Assembly: GCF_036321535.1 (NCBI RefSeq)
Contig: NC_087437.1
Span: forward strand, 103,852,001-103,916,000
DNA length: 64,000 nucleotides
Source: Camelus dromedarius
Taxonomy: Eukaryota
Direction of reading: 5' to 3'
The translations under genes were made by a program, and so were the position numbers. Below the pieces are notes generated by a model that ran no database searches, was not told the DNA's origin, and worked only from the letters and a program-made list of their open reading frames with translations. Shown in pieces: positions 12,216-25,880 of the stretch (its first letter is position 1; each line of letters begins with the position of its first letter).

Positions 12216-15200
12216 GTTTAGTAATTTTAAGGAATGGCAGAAGAGCTTCATAGCAACACATAGTTGAATTATTTTAAATGTTTAATAAGACACTTGTGAT
12301 TTTAAAATGTATTACTTCTTTCAGACTCTAGAAACTTTGTATTTACAAAACTAAATATAAAAGTCTTTACACAGTGAAAAAGTTATAAGTGTATATGAGT
12401 GAAATAGTTTTTAGAAAAGATCATAGGAAAGAGTGGTTCAATAAAACTGAATTGGTGTTTTGAAATTTTCTAAGAACCTATCCAAACTATCTTATTTTAA
12501 CCACTGACATTAGTAACTGATGGAAGAAACATCCAGCTGATCCATAGAGTAATAAGTCATATGGAAACATGAAATGTATTTAAGGATACTTCCATAACAT
12601 GAAATAAATTGAGATTAAGGATGGTATGTAATACTTAGATCCTGTTAATAGACACAACTAAAAAGAATATTACAGCTTAAACAGAATACAACTTTAGCTT
12701 AATACTGAAGCTGAATCAATTGTTTCTTTGGCCATCATTGTATTTGACTATAAAATTACTTGCATGATTTTAGTGCTATTAAGCAGAATTTTTTTGTTAA
12801 ATGCATCCCAAATTAATGTTATTTTAAAGTCACTTTAAAATGCTTTTCAATTTCTTTAATCTTACTTTCCTTCAATCAATTCAGATTTTTAACTTTTAAT
12901 AGTGGATCAATGGCATTTTAGGCTTTTATACTGAGCTGATAAAATTGAGTAACTTAGCAATATATGGTTTTCTGTAATAATCAAAAAACAGAGCAAAGCA
13001 AGCAGTTTTCTCAATTCATTTAAATAATGAGTGTATTGAGGGCAGGAGTGCAAGAGAACAATTGTGAATCTGTTGATTTAGTGAATACCCAGTATAGGAG
13101 TTTTAGAAACCTATTTCAATTTTCTTACAAATGTTCATAGAATTACCTGCCTCACTTTTATTTATCTTATTAGACATATCTTATAATTAGGAGTATCTAG
13201 GTATCAAAAACTAAAATCCTCTTTAAAACTATGTAAATATATAAATTTACATTTGTATTACTTATATTCATTTGAAAACCAATGAATACCAGACTTTTCA
13301 AATAGGGAACTCAGGGAGATTAATCCCATTTATATAATTTCCTTTATAAAATGTGGTCCCAAATGCATAATCAGGAAATGCTATTTTCTAAAGAGGAGCT
13401 TGGTCCCAGTGTGCAGCTCTCTTTGATTGAATTTCCACTGGCAATACTTCTCTGCGTGATTCTAAGAGATGGATAGATTAAATATGACTTTACAGAGGGT
13501 TCATTTTCTTCTACTTCCAACTAGGATGTAGAGTTATTCCATCCTCACTTAAAAAAAAACATACTTTAATAAGCCAAAAAATGTATAAAGCTTTTAGCTT
13601 TAGAGGGAAAACAATCTATCTTACAACATGAAAAAATAGAGGATAAATAATTTCATCATTTGTGAAACATTCCTGTTAATGTTAATATCACACCTTTAAC
13701 TGGCTCCTCTGGACATTGAAATCAACTCAACATATTCAATTTTACTCAGAACAAAACTCATATACTCAAAATTTTAAAGAGTGTAACTGTTAAAACTGCA
13801 GATAGGAAATGATGGTCATTAAGTCTCAAACAACTTTACCTACTATTCAAAGTATTTTGATGTTCTGTAATATATTAAAAAACCGTTGACATAAAAATTG
13901 TTTGTTAAGTTAAACTGTGTTATTCATTTTTGTTTAGAAAAACATTCATCTTTGACAAGGAACAGTTTCAAAGGAAACTTCCTGATGTGATTTAGGATGC
14001 TTGTAAGTATATGTGTGCTGTAGTCTTTTACTGGACTTTTAGGAAAAAACTATTCTATCCAAAGATTGTATCTCCAATCCTTTAAAAATCTTAGGCCCCT
14101 AAAAATTCAGATGAAAATATTTATTGCCACCTCCATTGTTTGATTAAACTGATGCAATGAATAGGCATATAACATTACTGAGATTCAGAGAACAAAAGTG
14201 TTTCCATTCAGAACAGCAATTTCTATGAAACATTTTCCATTGAAATAAATGCCAGAAATTCCATTCATAAGTCAACACAACTCTAGTAATACCAAATTGC
14301 ATGGAAAACTACAATATCGTCTAACTCCACTATTATATAAATTCCTTTAAAAAAAAAAAACTCAGCCCCATAATATGCCCACTGATATTATCCTACCAAT
14401 GTAGGAATGAGGTCCAGATTTGAGTATATTTTCTACTCTTTCCATATCTTGTTACACTCAGGATTACCTGTTATTTACACAGGGCTTCCAAGTTTTTATC
14501 ATTTTATAATTTCCCAATTTAGAGTTTCTACCTATACTAATGATATTTAAAATGTGCTTAAAAACAAATGCAACATTTTTTCTTTCTTTTGAGACAAGAG
14601 AAATTGAAACATAATAAAAGCTGTATGCTATTGGGAATCCATAAATAATTTACTAGTGTAGAGAAGTTTACTATGAAAAAAGAGTTTGAAATAATTTATT
14701 TTTAAAACCTATGTAGTAGAGTGACTGGAGTGCACAAACCCAAAATTTAGCAGGATAAGACATTACTCCAAACAATTATTTTGGATATTTTCCTGATAAC
14801 CTAAAGACTACCACAAGTAACAGCTTTTTTTAATTTCATGTATCATTACTTAATTGAATTTATAATAAGTACTATAATCAAAGTGCATTTGCTAGTGCTG
14901 TACCTAATATGAACTTGTTTTACACAATTCTTAATCCTTTTTAAACTGAAAATCTTACTATACAATACACAGTCATACATATAGTTATAATTCAATTTGA
15001 AAGTGATTTTTTTCCAAAATATTCTTCTTTGAAGTGGTAGAACACTGTTTTTGAAACTGCATAAAATGTTTTGTCTACTTAATATTCCATTTGACTAATA
15101 CACTTTGAGTATTACACAGATTCTCTGCAAAGATTCTATAGTTTCAAATATATTATGACGTAAGCTAAAACAATGAAAAATTCCTTTATGCAAATTTGGT

Positions 15201-15749
15201 TTCTTCTTTTTGTTTTTTTGCTTTGTTTTGTTTTATTTTGATATAAATTCCTGTATGTAGGACTTTTTACTACTGTTCAGGTAAAATATTTATAACAGTC
15301 TTGATTTATATTTACAAATTTTATTCCAGAAAGAACTTTTAAATCAACTTACGGCTTTAGCAATATTCACTTAGTTGTATTCTATCTGTTCTTAAATTAT
15401 TGCTTTGTTTTCATTTATGTTATTTTATAAAATGCATTGTTGGATTTAGCTCTTTTGAAATAAGAATTTTTGTTACCTTGTAAAACCAGATTACTGTGGT
15501 AAACGTGATTTCTAAGGTGTACATATTGCATTATTTTTGTACTGTTTGAGTATAATATTTCAGTATCATTTTAATCTTATGTTACAAGGCCAAATTAAGT
15601 GTGACAATATCTACTTCCAGGAAGGTGGTAGTAGTCACAGCAGGCCAATACTTCCACTGAAAGAATTCAAAGAAATGAATACACTCTTAAAATTACACTC
15701 TGAAGATATTTGAAAGATACGTATATTATTAATTAGAGTGTACCTTTGA

Positions 15750-16130
15750 GTCATCTTAGATAAGGCTTCTATTGTAATGTAAGAACTTCAAATCATATGC
15801 TCCTAGCTCCTCTCTTCTACCTTTTGTGGCATTTTATATTTATATATTATGTAACATAATCCATCAATATTTATTTCCTTATGTTTACTTAACTTTGAAT
15901 GACAAACGATAAATGCCATTAATATTTTAATTAATTGTAATCATTTACTAAGATGTTCATTTTTTAATAGACCCAAGTTTCTAACTGTATCATATTTCTA
16001 GTGCCAGAAGAACTTTATTTAACATTCCATCTCTGATGGTAATAAATCCTCTCAGCTTTTGTTTATATGAAATAAAAATTTATATATCCCTTATTTAAAA
16101 GGAAAATATTTTTATTGAGTGTAGAATTCT
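15750..16130 (-). mobile_element. Old L1 antisense ORF1/inter-ORF fragment
   Basis: ctgatggtaataaatcctctcagcttttgtttat...ttgagtgtagaattct resembles antisense L1M ORF1. Confidence 0.55.
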
Positions 16131-17000
16131 CATAGAATGGAAGAAATTACTTGTAAAATATATATGTCCTATGAGTCTTGTGCCTAGAAAATGTACTGAA
16201 AAATCTTATGGCTCAATAAAAAGTCTTAAAACTCCACTTAAAAGGGGAATTTTTTTACAATACATACTTTATCAAAGAAGATATATGGGTGGCAAGTAAG
16301 CAAGTAAAATACTGTTCAACAGAATTAGTCTTTAGGATAATGCAAAATAAAATCATAATGGCATACTACTACAAATCCTCTAGAAGGGTAAAAATTAAAA
16401 TGATTGTACCAACTGTTAGTAAGGATGTGGAACAATTATGACACATGTATTGTGGGGATGGTTGCATAAACACTTTGGAAGACAATTTTATAGTTACTTA
16501 GAAATTTAAATATTCACTTACAAAACTGCTAAGCTATTGCACTCTACATATTTACTCAAGACAAGTGAATACATATGTCCATGAAACAACTTTGTTCACT
16601 GCAGCTTTATTTGTAAAAGGAAAAAGCTGGAAATCTAACAAGTTATGGTTTAGCCATACAATAGAATACTACTCAGCAATGAAAAATAATACACAATTTA
16701 TACACAAAACAAGGTTAAATCTCAAAATACTTATGTTGAGTTTTAAAAAGCTTAAAAAATGCATGTACTGCACAGTTATATTTATGTCATCTTGAAAATA
16801 CAACCTAATTCATAGAAACAACAGCAGACCAGTAGATGCCTGGATTAAGAAGGTAAGAGAGAGAGAGATTGATTATAAAGAGGTATGAACCACAAGCAAA
16901 CTGCTTGTAGCGATGTGCATGTTTACTATCAACATATGGCAGAATTCACCAAGCTGTATTTTTTAAATGTGTGCATATTATTATAAAAATAAAATTTCAA
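16131..17000 (+). mobile_element. Old L1 (L1ME-like) ORF2 end and 3'UTR, sense
   Basis: aaagaagatatatgggtggcaagtaagc, taaggatgtggaacaa, catacaatagaatactactcagcaatgaaaa, aatctcaaaatacttatgttgag. Confidence 0.8.
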
Positions 17001-17029
17001 AAATGCTAGGAAATAAGAAAGCATATTTC

Positions 17030-17515
17030 AGTAGTATTTCTTTGTAAAGATCAAGGAACTTTTAAAAATGTAAAAAGAAGAAGAGAAACTAGAATAGCTG
17101 AAAGAATTTAGATTTTAAAAAGTTGTAGAGCCCATAATATGCAATTATTAAGACTGTGTCATATTGGCAAAAGCAGAGACACATGGAATAGAGAGTAGAA
17201 ATAAACTAATTCACAGTCAATTGATTTTTAATAAAGGTCAAGGCAATTTGATTTAAAAGAAAAATGATCTTTTCAAGATACAGCTTTGAGATGATTTTTG
17301 TATCCATAAGAGAAAATAAGACTTTCCACCCATAATTCACATTTGAAAAAATAAAACCTCAAATGAATCATATATCTAAATGCAATATATACAACTATAA
17401 AATATCTAGATTAATACATGGGAGATAATCCTTTTTAACCGGTTGGCAAAGATTTTTTAGGTAAGACAAATTTTACAAAAAAAAAAATCAACAAACTTCA
17501 CAAAAATAAAAAAAA
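17030..17515 (+). mobile_element. Old L1 ORF2 fragment (post-RT region), sense
   Basis: ctagaatagctgaaagaat, aagactgtgtcatattggcaaaag, cagtcaattgatttt, caactataaaatatctaga. Confidence 0.75.
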
Positions 17516-17516
17516 T

Positions 17517-18572
17517 TACTTTTTACTGAAGTATAGTCAGTTACAGTGTGTTAATTTCTAGTGTACAGCATGATGTCCCAGTCATGCATATACATACAAA
17601 TATTCTTTTTCATTAAAGGTTATTATAAGATACTGAATATAGTTCTCTGGGCTATGCAGAAGAAACTTGTTTTTTTAATCTATTTTTATATACACTGGCT
17701 AACATTTGCAAATCTCAAACTCCCAAGTTTATCCCTCCCCATCCGTTTTCCCCTGGTAACCATAAGATTGTTTACTATGTCTGTGAGTCTGTTCCTATTT
17801 TGTAGATGAGTTCATTAGTGTCCTCTTTTTTTTAATATTCTACATATGAGTTATATCATATGGTATTTTTCTTTCTATTTCTGGCTTACTTCACTTAGAA
17901 TGACATTCTCCAGGCTGCAAATGTTGCTGCAAATGGCATTATTTTATTATTTTAAATGGCTGAGTAGTATTCCATTGTATAAATATACCACAACTTCTTT
18001 ATCCAGTCATCTGTCAATGGGCATTTAGTTTTTCTCCATGTCTTGGCTATGAACATTGAGGTGTACTTATTTTTTGAATTAGAGTTCCTTCCAGATATAT
18101 GCCCAGGAGTTGGATTGCTGAATCATATGGTAAGTCTACTTTTAGTTTTTTGAGGAATCTCCACACTGTTTTCCATAATGGCTGCACCGAACTACATTCC
18201 CACCAACAATGTAGGAGGGTTCCCTTTTCTCCAAACCCTCTCCAGCATTTATCATTTGTGGAGTTTTTAATGATGGTCATTCTGACTGGTGTGAGGTGAT
18301 ACCTCATTGTAGTTTTGATTTGCATTTCTCTGATAATTAGTGATATTGAGCGTTTTTGTTTTTTTTTTTTCATGTGCCTATTGGCCATTTGTATGTCTTC
18401 ATTGGAGAATTGCTTGTTTAGATCTTCTGCCCATTTTTGGATTGGGCTGCTTTTTTTGTTGTTGTTATTAAATTATATGAGCTGTTTATATATTCTGGAA
18501 ATTAAATCTTTGTCAGTCACATCACTTACAAGTATTTTCTCCCACTACATAGGTTGTCATTTTATTTTATGT
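17517..18572 (-). mobile_element. Relatively young lineage-specific LINE-1, 5'-truncated, antisense
   Basis: ORF 18047-18388(-) gives [18 protein letters not shown]...CWRG...[10 protein letters not shown]...[14 protein letters not shown], the ORF2p C-terminal Cys-rich domain; the 3'UTR starts tgaagtatagtcagttacagtgtgttaatttctagtgtacagc. Confidence 0.93.
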
Positions 18573-18655
18573 CCATTTTTCCCAATGATTTATAAGCTAT
18601 ACAACTAAAAAATTTTATTTTATATGATATATAAAAGTATATCATAAAAAATAAA

Positions 18656-19090
18656 TGTAAAAATATCTCACAAGACTGGTTAAGAAAAAGATAGAACAAA
18701 GGAGACTTCAGTTACTAATGTCAAAATTTTAAAAGGATGCGTTATCATAAACAATTACTATAGACAATCAAAAAAGAAAAAAATTATTAAATGTTTTATA
18801 TTATACAGTTGGCAATGTATGCAAATCAGATAAATTTTTTGCACATACCCTCTTACCAACATTGAAGCAAGAAAAACAAAATTTAAAAAAGTACAGAATA
18901 ATCCTATACCTGCTAATAAAATAATTTAATAATTAAAATAGTTTCCACAAAGAAAATCCAGGAAGGGATGGCTTAACTCGTATGAAATTATAACTATTTC
19001 AAGATGATATACCAGTTAGGTACATATATTTTTTAAGAAAAAATAAAATGAACATTTGTCATATTTTAAAAGGCCAAGATATGCCTCATA
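18656..19090 (+). mobile_element. Old L1 ORF2 fragment (between endonuclease and RT), sense
   Basis: caagactggttaagaaaaag, ttaccaacattgaagcaagaa, tttccacaaagaaaatccaggaagggatggctt. Confidence 0.65.
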
Positions 19091-19099
19091 GTGAAGGTA

Positions 19100-19565
19100 C
19101 CACATAGTAAAGAACTTTCACTACCACAATAAACAATTAGAAACATACAAATATACATATATACTTATATGTATATAAATATGTATATGTAAAACAACCA
19201 TTTTCAAAAATTTAGAAAATAGGCATTTGTTATGAGCTAAATTATTATCCCCCAAGTTCTCATGTTGATGTCCTAAACCTAGTACTTCAGAATGTGACTG
19301 TGATTAAAAATAGGGCTTTAAAGAGTTAATCAAGGTAAAACAACGTCAAATGAGTGGGTCCTAATACAATATGGCCACTCTCCTTATAAAGAGAGGAGAT
19401 TAGGACACAGCCCCAGAGGGAAGACCATGTGATCACACTGGAAATGACCACCATCTACAAGCCAAGGAGAAAGGCCTTAAAACAAACCAATACTGTTTTA
19501 TTTATTATTTTTTTGAAATTTAGTTGATTTACAATATTGTGCTAGTTATGAAACAGTAATAATCG

Positions 19566-19601
<36 letters not shown>

Positions 19602-20330
19602 CACAACTACTGCCTACCCTTGAGTTCAGACTTCTCATCTCCAGAATTGTGAGAAAACAAATGTCTCTGGTTTAAAACCATCATCTGTGGTGCTTTGGTT
19701 ACTGCAACCCTAGCAAATGAATAAGCACTGCAGGACTGCATTCCTGAGGAAAAGGAAACAAAGTGTCCCCTGCTTTGACCAAGGCTTTCTGCCTGTACTC
19801 ATTTTTTGCAGCACATGGAGAAATAATTAAAACAAAGCACTGCTGTTCCACTGACTTGAGGGCATATACATATATATAATTATTTTTCGAAGCTGAGGGA
19901 TATGAAATTTGAAGGCAAACTACTAAAGAGAAAGAATCTATGAAGGTACAGAGCTCCAAAAATATTTATAGGTATCCTCTTGAGTCTTTTGGCTGAATAT
20001 TAAACTTCACATACGTAAGGGGAAATTCCAAGAAGCCTAGCCAAGATGCTGAAGAGATATAAATGAAACAATTTTTCAAACTCACGCAGGAATGGAAGAC
20101 ATTTGGTTTCTGTCTAATTGAAGAAGAGACACCTTGTTAAACACTCAATGCAACCATAGACCATACAAAGCTAGTCATTAATATTAGGGCTTAAGCAGCT
20201 TTACAATAATGCCTACTCTAGATTCATTACTTATCAGACCTTAATATAAATGTTGAAAGGATCAACATGATTTCCAAGTAACTAATCTTCCTATCAATAC
20301 TAACTTCAACACTTGATAAAGGAAGAAATT
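19100..20330 (+). mobile_element. Old L1M 5'-region fragment interrupted by the MLT1A LTR
   Basis: aacaaccattttcaaaaatttagaaaataggca [LTR] gcaggactgcattcctgaggaaaaggaaacaaa resembles L1MC/L1M4 5' consensus. Confidence 0.5.
19228..19724 (+). mobile_element. MaLR solo LTR, MLT1A-like, with 5-bp TSD and an internal insertion
   Basis: tgttatgagctaaatt...cttcagaatgtgactgt...ccatctacaagccaaggagaaaggcc...ctccagaattgtgagaaaacaaat...ccctagcaaatgaataa; flanked by gcatt (19223-19227) and gcact (19725-19729). Confidence 0.88.
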
Positions 20331-20379
20331 ACTACCCAAGTGCACAAAACTATAATATTTAAATTAATCACATTTAATA

Positions 20380-21280
20380 AACTTACCTAAGAGAAATGAA
20401 ACTGTATATTCACAAAGATAGTTGGTCACAAATGTTCATGGCAGTTTTACACTTAAGTGCCAAAACAGGAAACAACTCACAAGCCTACCAAATTTGAATG
20501 AATAAAAATGTTTTCGTATCTACACAGTGGAGTATCAGGAATAAAAAAGAATTAACATGCAAAGGTGAGTCAACAAATAATTATGTTGATCATCTTTTCA
20601 TGTAACTGGCAATCCCTCTGTCTTCTTTTATGAAGTATGTGCTCAAATATTTTGCCAATTTGAACTGTATTGTTTTCCTCTTCATTAATCATTTTTAGGA
20701 ATTCTTTATATATTCTGGGTGTTGTCATTTATCAGAAAGATACCGATTTAATTAACAGACAATGTCAATGTAATACTGTATGATTCCATTCATCAAGAAT
20801 TTAGAAGTAACAACTGATTCCACACTGACAGAAAAGCTGGTCAGTGTATTTCTTTAGGAATGTTCAGTTTGAGAGCATGTATGTGGACCTATTTGGGGAA
20901 AGATAGTACTGATATCCCTTGACACCTCATACCCAAAGATTTTCTCCTGAGGACCTGAGGGTGAGAAAATACCAGTCACACCCAAACAGTTGGTGTGGAG
21001 AATCATTTAATTTCACTTTTCTAGAGGCCGTGTATTGATATATCCTGATTTTATTTTGCATTTCACTAAAGGCTAATTCTGTTGAGCGTTTTCATGTTAT
21101 TATTTGTCATCTGGACATCTCCTTTGATGAATTATCTGTTCAAAATTACTCAGATTTCAGCAAGGTTGTTTTTTAAGACTAAGAGGTAAAAGAAATTGAT
21201 ACGCTATAGACACATATCACTTGTCAGGTATATGTTTTGCAAATGTGTTCTCCAAGACTGGGGGTTGACTTTTCATTTCC
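20380..21280. mobile_element. Mosaic of old L1 3' fragments in both orientations
   Basis: Sense: agagaaatgaaactgtatattcac...caaatgttcatggcag. Antisense: attctttatatattctggg and ttttattttgcatttcactaaaggctaat. Confidence 0.65.
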
Positions 21281-21362
21281 AGATCTGTGAGGGAATAAAT
21301 GTCTATTGTTTTAAGTCATTTAAATAGTGTTGGTTTCTTACAGCAGTCCTAAGACACTATTA
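21278..21362 (+). mobile_element. MLT1 LTR 3'-terminal fragment
   Basis: ccagatctgtgagggaataaatgtctattgttttaagtca...cttacagcagtcctaagacacta. Confidence 0.65.
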
Positions 21363-21379
21363 AAACAAGGGAAAGAGAA

Positions 21380-24300
21380 ATGGGCTATCTCTGCAGAGGA
21401 CTGCTAAGGGAAGCCCAAAGTTGCCAGGAGATGAAAATATGGCAACTAGAAGAATCTTTAGCAACAGAAAATACTGATAAAGTAAAATTAAAAAAACTAA
21501 CCATACACAACTTACTCCTAGACAGATTGATATAATTCCTTACAATAAAGGCCCATTTACTTTAGTTCCTAATACTGGATAAATCAGGTCTGGCTTTCAA
21601 TAACAACAATTGCAACAAAAATACAAGATACACCAAAAGGAAAGGGAAAATAATATGAAGACCCAGAGCAAGCAGCAGAGTCAGACTCAGATATGACGCA
21701 GATATTTGAATTAATAGGATAGGAATTTTCAGTTACTATGATTAATATGTAAGAAGCTGTAATGAAAGAACTAGACAGCATACAAAAACAGATGGATAAC
21801 ACAGAGAGATATACATTCTAAGAAATTATCAAAAGGAAATGATAGAAATCAAAAGCTATATAAAGGCTATGAAGAATGTCTTTGATGGGGTCACCAGTAG
21901 ACTGGACACAGCCAAGAAAATAATTAGTGACCAACAAAAACTTACTAAACTGAACTGCAAAGAGAAAGAAAATGAAATAAAGAACAGAACTTTGAAGCAA
22001 GATTGGCCAATTTCAAAAGCTATAAATGTGTGCTGATTGCAAAATAAAAGGAAGAAGAGAAAATGGAGAAGAAATATTAGATGTAATAATGGACAAGAAC
22101 TTTCAGAACATAATGAGAGATATCAAACCACTCTGGAAGCTCGTGAAAACCAAGCAGAATAAGTCAAACAAAACGGCAAACCTTACCCCCCAAAGCCCTA
22201 CCCCTAGGTATGCAATATTCGAACTGCAAAAAAACTAAAACAAAGAGAAAACAATTTAAAAAGCCACATGATTTTTTAAATTATCTACAGAGAAAATAGG
22301 AGCAAGGATAAAAATTATCATAGACTTTATGTCATAAATCATACAAGCCAGCGGCAAGTGAATTGGAGTATTTACAGTGTTTAGAGAAAAATCCACCAAA
22401 CTAGAAATCTATATGCAGAGAAACTGTTCTTCAAAAATGAAGGAAAAATAAAGATATTCTCAGAGAAAAACTGACAGAATTCACTGCCATCTGACATTAC
22501 ATGTTAATGACTTTTTTAGGCAGAAGGAAAAGTTAGAAGTCAGAAGCATATCTTAATAGAGAAACAAAGAGGGTTGATGAAGGAGTAAATGAAGGGAAAA
22601 CAATCTCATTTGTCTTATTTTTAGTTTATCTAAAGAATAACTGTATTTAAAGTAGTAACAGTAACAATGTATTGCTTGATGATAGTGCATATTAAGTGAA
22701 ATGAATGACAGCAATATAGTAAGAGATAGGAAAGGGACTGAGAATATTCTGTTATATGTTTCCTGTACAACACAAGAAGTAAAATAAAACCTGACGTCAC
22801 AAATAAAGCTTGAGAAGGCAGAAAAATAAGTCTTCAGCAACAAAGAGAATACAATTATGAATTGGTTGATATTGATCTTAATATATAACCATTTAAGAAA
22901 GAAGGGTAGATGGATCCATATATAACAGAGATTGTACAAAGTATTAAATAAGAAGACCTAACTATATGTTGTTTGTAACAAACCCATTTAACATTTAAAT
23001 ATTCAGGAAGGTTAACAGTCAACGGATGGAGAAAGATATACCAGGCTAACCTTGATCCAGCAAAATCTAGGAGAGCTATATTAATTTCAGACAAATCAGA
23101 AAATTATCAGGGATTAAAAAAGATACTACAAAATGATAAAGAGATTAATTTTACAAGTTATAATGATGCCTAAAAATATGTTATCCAAATATGTGGAGCA
23201 AAACTGATAGAATGGAAAGTAAAAATATAAAATCTACAATTTTAGGTGGAGACATCAGTATTTCCTTATTACTAACTGATAGATCAAGGACGTATAAAAT
23301 CATTAAGAGTATAGTCTAACTGCACTATCACTCAATTTGATCTGATTGACATGTGGACAACTCTTTCATTAAAGCAGCAGAATTCATACTGTTCATGTTT
23401 GCATGACAGTTTTGCCAAGATAGGCCACATTTTGGGACATAAAACACATCTTCAATTTTTTTTAAATTGAAATTACATGAAGTATTTTCTCAGATTACAG
23501 TGGAACTAAATTAGTAAAAACTAAAAAAGATAGCTGGGACATACCCAGGTTTTTCAAAGTCAAAAAGCATATTTTTAAGTAGCAAATGAGTCGAAGCAAA
23601 TTCAAATTAAATTTTTAAAAAATTAACAAAAATGAAAATACAACTTGTCTAAATTTGTCAGATGCAGCAAAATATGTGCCTAGAGAGAAATTTATATTAT
23701 TAAAGACGATATTTGAAAGAAGTTAAAAAATCATGAGAAGGCAAGGCTCTAGAACAGTCAACACAATACTAAAGAAAAACAAAGTTGGAGGATTCACACT
23801 ACCTCACTTCAAGATTTTACTACTATCATAATAAATATAGCATCACTGGCAAAAGAATAGACATGTAGGTCAAATACACTACACATAATAATCAACAATC
23901 AATCAATAATGATCCTTGAAAAGAAATAAAGTCAAGTCATGGAATAAATGGAATGGATTAGACAAATCTGTGTAGGAGAATTCCAAATGCTGAATGCAGA
24001 TATTCTGTCCTTATAGAGGTAGAGAATAACCTCCCATTCCTTAAGTGTGGGCTGCACAACATGACTTCTATATAAAGAGTGTATATGGAAAGAGGATTGA
24101 GTACCTTCAACAATGCAGAAACTTGACAAACATTACCCATCCAGGTGATCAAAGTCAACATCAAAAGTGAAGGTAACGTTTACAGTGGGTACCCAGAATG
24201 ACACAATAAGAATTAGACTTTACTTCCCTGGTCCTCCTTCCAAAACCGTTGCTACAGTCTAATCACGAGACAAACATCAGACAAACCCCAATTGAGAGGC

Positions 24301-24660
24301 ATCCTGCAAAATATCTGATTAGTATTCCTCAAAACTGTCAACGTCATAAAACACAAGGAATGTCTGAGAAGCTGTCAAAGCCAAGAGTAGCCTAAGATGT
24401 GTTAACTAAATGCAGTACTGTGTCATGGCTAGGATCCTGAAACGAAAATAGGACATTAGGGGAAATTACAGAAATCTGAATGAAGTGTAGTCTTTAATTA
24501 AAAACAGTATGTCAATACTGGCTCATTAATTGTGACAAGTATGCTAATGTCAGATATTAATAGCAGGAGAAACTGGATGTGGAATATATGGGAACTCTCT
24601 GTACTATACTCTTAATAATTTCATAAATTTCAAACTGTTCTAAAATTAAGTTTATTATGA
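21380..24660 (+). mobile_element. Old LINE-1 (L1MC-like) with ORF1, endonuclease, late ORF2 and 3'UTR remnants; large internal deletions
   Basis: ORF1-like translations (IEIKSYIKAMKNVFDGVTSRLDTAKKIISD; GEEILDVIMDKNF...PRYAIFEL), endonuclease motifs (aagacctaactatatgttg, ggagacatcagta), and an L1MC 3'UTR ending gggaactctctgtactat...aaactgttctaaaattaagtttatt. Confidence 0.85.
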
Positions 24661-25754
24661 ATATATAATTGGACTATTTTTATGAACAAAATGATATGAA
24701 TTAATATTGCATGTATAAAAATATGAGCTTTCTTTCAGTAATTTAACTCTCATTTCAGCATTCAATATCAAGCAAATATTGCTGCTTCACACAAGCTCCC
24801 TTAACCTTGCATTGTTGATGTGTTTTCCCTTTGTTTCCACTGCTTACTAAACAATCATGACCTCTCTTTGTTATATCTAATATATCCACAAAAGTGCATT
24901 TATTCAGTTATTAATCATGCCCATCAATTTCTCTGAATTAGATAAAACACTAAGTGAAAATAGAGTTAATAAGGATAGACAGTGATTCACAGTGTTCCAA
25001 AGATGCCATTAAGATAACAATGCATGTCTCTTTGACTAGATGAAAAGGAAATCACTAAAAAATAAATAGAAGTCTATATTAGTTTTTGGCTTTGGACATT
25101 GTTTAAACCACAGTGTTTGTTTACTTTCTCTAAAACCTTCATAATTATAATGTAACTATTACTTTTAATCAATTACATTGCATCTTTCTTCCGAGTGATT
25201 AATAATCAGCACTTCTCTATAATACTGAAAAGTCATTAAACTTTAATACTGAAAGGTGATGCATTTTAGACATGCATATATAGATAATTTTAATAACTGG
25301 ACAGATATATAAGTCCATAAGATAACTGGGATGTTGTATATATTAAAAGAGATAAAAATCATTTATGGAACTTATTGTATTGCAGGTCCATAATGCAGCA
25401 GTGCTTAAAATGAACTTATTTTTGAGGTGCTTTCTTGATGTTTTAGGCCAGTTTTATGTGAGATTATTAACTTATAATTTATATGGTAATCCTCTGAAAG
25501 AATTTATAAAATGAAAAGCAAAACTGAAAAGTGTAAAGTTTAAATATATGAAAACAAGGAGAAATAAACAAGACAAATGAACAGCATACTGAAGTTCCTA
25601 TACAGTATGGTCTTAGGGAGGAGGAGCCTTGGCGTAGGTGCTCATGGACTATAAGGCCAAGCACATACCCATTATGCTCTTTCTTTGTTCTTCACATTTT
25701 TTGCTCACTTTTTCCTACTGTTCTGATTTCTGCAAGTGCCGGATACATGTTTGT

Positions 25755-25880
25755 CCTCTATTCATTTGTTCACTTGTTGACGCACACATTCCTGTATTGA
25801 ACAAATGTTACCTACATGTCCGCCAAGTACCAGCTATCCTTGTAGGCGTAGGTGGTCCCTGCCCCCACATAAATTTCTAC
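25755..25880 (-). mobile_element. L2 3'-end fragment
   Basis: attcatttgttcac...gaacaaatgtt...ccaagtacc...gtaggtggtccctgccccca. Confidence 0.4.

Noticed and set aside
18047..18388. 113-aa ORF with a Cys-rich motif as a host gene
   Set aside because: It is the L1 ORF2p C-terminus within a truncated, disrupted retrotransposon.
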